Positions 61,237 through 64,000 of a stretch of 64,000 nt of DNA are shown here, in pieces. The translations under genes were made by a program, and so were the position numbers. This DNA is from Microbotryum violaceum (taxonomy: Eukaryota): contig CDLV01000004.1 of assembly GCA_001244265.2 (NCBI GenBank), positions 310,001 through 374,000 of the forward strand, written 5' to 3'. Numbering within the stretch: position 1 is the first letter of the stretch; the number at the start of each line of letters is the position of its first letter. The notes beneath the pieces are model-generated. The model had not been told where the DNA came from. It was given only the letters and a program-made list of their open reading frames with translations, and searched no databases.

Positions 61237-63045
61237 ATGTCCAGCCTGTCTGCTCCCAGCAACGCGTCAGACTTTGCCGCTCCCACCCGTGAGACGCGTC
61301 CTCGTGTTTGTGATATGGGTGGTCCTTCTGCTCACCACCGTTCCTCGCTGTTTCTGCACAGCTGCTTCCCAACAGCGCAGACATGGGGTCCGTACTGTCT
61401 CCAATTACGGTTCAGACCCAACAGAACTACCTTCCTGCGCCCAGCGGCGCGACTCCCGAATGTGGACGAAGCACACCGCTCGCCTCAAGGCCGACCTCGT
61501 CCAACTCAATTGATCAACAAATCAAACAGATTCAGGAAGAGATTCGAGCTCTCCATGATGCCGTTCGTGCGTTGCCTTCAACTTCGCGAATGTCGTCGTC
61601 GCAGAAGCAGCCCCATGTGCTCTATGGCTTGCAATGTCGCCTCGAGACAATGAAGTATTGTCTGCATCACGGCGTTTGGGACGACGACCTCGACTCGTAC
61701 ATGCCTCGTGCGATCTGAAGGAATGTCACAAACGACTGGAAAGCTTTCAAGACGAGCCGCTTTTTCCACCCGCTCGTCGAGAAGGACGGACTCGAAGGTG
61801 GGCGCGGCGTCTGCCTTTCTAGCTCATCCCGAGATCGTTCATTTTGGCATTGCAAGACGCTCCTTTACGCTTCTTTGACTCACAAAGTGATCACTATGTA
61901 CCCCTACAAAGTCTCGCAAGGTTTTTCTACGCTAAACACAATTGGATCGCGCTACTGGGAAAAAGTCAAAGACTCGCCAGATCTTTATGAACAATGGAAG
62001 GAAGCGTGGGCAAGTGAAGCCGAAGCGCGTGAACATGAGCAGACCACTCGTCCCTTCAAGCGATGGCGAATCGATCCTGCTGCCATCACCAAACTGAGTC
62101 ACAAGTACGAAAAGGGGGTTCACGAACTGGTCCGTGACAATTCAGCTCTTCTCGTTGGGCTCTCCTCAATTCTCATGATCCTCCCGCTGACTTAGATAGC
62201 TTGGCACTGAATCAGGTTAATCAGCATGCTGACACCTACGGATTCGACGCGTTAGTCATCGTCGGCTCGAACAAGCTCGAGAATAAAAATGATCGTTTCA
62301 TCGTTTCGACGCTTGGCGGCGCAGCTTTCATGCGGCGCCAAACTGGGGTTCTCAAAAGAACGATGTGCTCGTTAACTTCACGGAATGCATAAATGGCACC
62401 CGGTTCAATCAGGAGCGAGACGAGCAATTCAAGATGGAAGGTCTGTCAGACAAGCTTCAGAACGGACCTTGTGCTCGGCGATAGATTGGTGCTGATTCCA
62501 AGAACTGATGAGCAGCTCATCATGGTGATGTTGACAAGGCGTCTCACCGAGTGCTCTGCACATGGTATCGCATTATCATTGATGATTACTATAGCAAGCA
62601 ATCATTCCACCGCTCTGCGCCCACATTTGGCAGCCCATGACTGAAGTTTTGTGGCCGTGCAGATCAAGCGCTCCGTCGTCGCCACAACAGAAACAAGTCT
62701 ATTCAGCCCTACGTGCCTTCCAAGCTTACGAGCTACAACCAGGAAACTCTTGCGAAGGATCCAACCGCTCTTGTTGTCGAGCTCGAAAACGGTCTTCACG
62801 AGCGTGATTTCCGCAGTCCTACCAATGGCAAGAAGCCGACCGTTGACAATTTGAGAAGAATTGTTCCATTGATGCGACAGGGTGGGCTTACGTTTTCGCT
62901 CAAAGAGGATATCGGCCAGGTCTCTTTTGACCGCACTCCTGCCGAGAGTACTTTGATGAGCGAGCAGTCGGAAACGGAGCCAGAAGACCAAGACACTGGT
63001 TCTGATTCTGGTTCTGATTCTGATTTGGGAGCTGCAACATTTTGA
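61237..63045 (+). pseudogene. HMG-box-like KDZ partner gene, family 3, multi-exon, apparently frameshifted
   Basis: TNDWKAFKTSRFF, intron at 61798, NTIGSRYWEKVKDSPDLYEQWKE, TYGFDALVIVGSN...FIVSTLGGAAF, DFRSP...LRRIVPLMRQGGLTF and an acidic tail. Confidence 0.65.
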
Positions 63046-63072
63046 TTCCGAATCCGACTCCATTTCTATCGT

Positions 63073-63935
63073 TCAGTATATTGTTGGTGCGCCTATCGCG
63101 CGTTGAGGTAGATTGCCAAACTTTTTGTAGTCGTTGAGGTGATATCGACTTGTGTGTGGCAAGAGGTATTCAACAAGTTTCCACGCATCTTGACTAGCTT
63201 GACTGTCCGTCCGTTGATCAATTATGCGACGCATTTTTGATCGCAAAGCAAATCGCAAAGCAAATAGATTTACCCGCGCTAAACGTTTCAGATTTTACTC
63301 CATAGATTCAGGCAGATAATGGATGTTCAAATAAAGCACTCACTCATCCTACCTACTGTCAAACTGCAGTTAAGCTCGTCCCAGAGCTTGGGGGTGACCA
63401 ACAGCAAAGCACCCAGATTTCTTCCACTACCCCTTCGGACCCCCCGAGACGCCGGTGAAGTGACAGCAGAACCTTGTCGAGAATGTCCTTAATAACACGC
63501 TTCGCGTAGGGTTCTTCAAACAGCGTGCCCACGGTGAGAAGGAGAGCCGAGATTATTCGTTGGCGCTGGAACAATAGACATAAAACAGAAGCAGGGAACA
63601 AGGTAGTTCACCACTTCTGACCTGCAGACGCAAGATCGCAAGGTGTCCGAGCTTGCTAGCTGACCACGGTGTTCTAGCTGAGGGCCAGGGAAATACGACG
63701 CTGCATTACGCGTAATCAATGCCTTTTCTGCTGAATTGTCAATGGAAGGGGGCGTAAAGTCGGCATCGAGATAGTGGCAGCTTGGTGCTGAGGCGTCAAT
63801 GACTTCGTAGTAGCAATTCTCGTTGTTGGCCGAGTCGCTTGCATACAAGCTACAAGCGCTAGCGTTCATAGGTCGCGCTCGGTGCCGACTACGTATTGCT
63901 TCACGCCTGGGACAGGCAATGTGCCAGGTGGCCAC
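63073..63935 (-). other. 3' exons of a possible unknown gene convergent with the partner gene
   Basis: Three successive minus-strand ORFs with protein-like composition, separated by intron-sized gaps. The stop lies 27 bp from the partner gene stop. Confidence 0.3.
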
Positions 63936-64000
63936 TATATCTCGTCTCGTGCAAATACTCGATGATCTTGATCTTTGTGTCCCGCAGACAGAATCGCTGG

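Larger units (their letters stand above)
60739..64000. mobile_element. Probable third KDZ-type element, left part
   Basis: The start resembles the family 2 TIR (GGCGCGCGC..GCGCCCC, AGCGG..GTACCC) and is followed by a homologous partner gene. No transposase lies inside the window. Confidence 0.5.

Overview
Eukaryotic, intron-containing fungal DNA, most likely from a Pucciniomycotina/Microbotryomycetes basidiomycete (inferred from gene style and TE content, not checked). The window is almost entirely nested transposable elements around one recognisable host gene, set2 (H3K36 methyltransferase, 8462-11955). It holds two KDZ (Kyakuja-Dileera-Zisupton) DNA-transposon families of about 9 kb: family 1 in two near-identical partial copies (1-7652 and 44822-54944) and family 2 complete with 107-bp TIRs (30789-39870). 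A probable third family starts at about 60739. All three carry the same uncharacterised HMG-box-like partner gene; in families 1 and 2 it converges on the transposase across a variable middle segment. Also present are a copia element with a chromodomain gypsy element nested in it (16746-26723) and a second, nearly intact copia inserted into the KDZ duplicate, with its empty site visible in the other copy. There is a DDE-type transposase with a DnaQ/WRN-like 3'-5' exonuclease inserted in its catalytic core (54945-59971), a 2.4-kb TIR element, CAC-terminated element ends, and several tandem arrays including a 195-bp AB higher-order repeat. No rRNA, tRNA or CRISPR array is supported. All alignments were made by eye, and the ends of spliced or degenerate genes are approximate.
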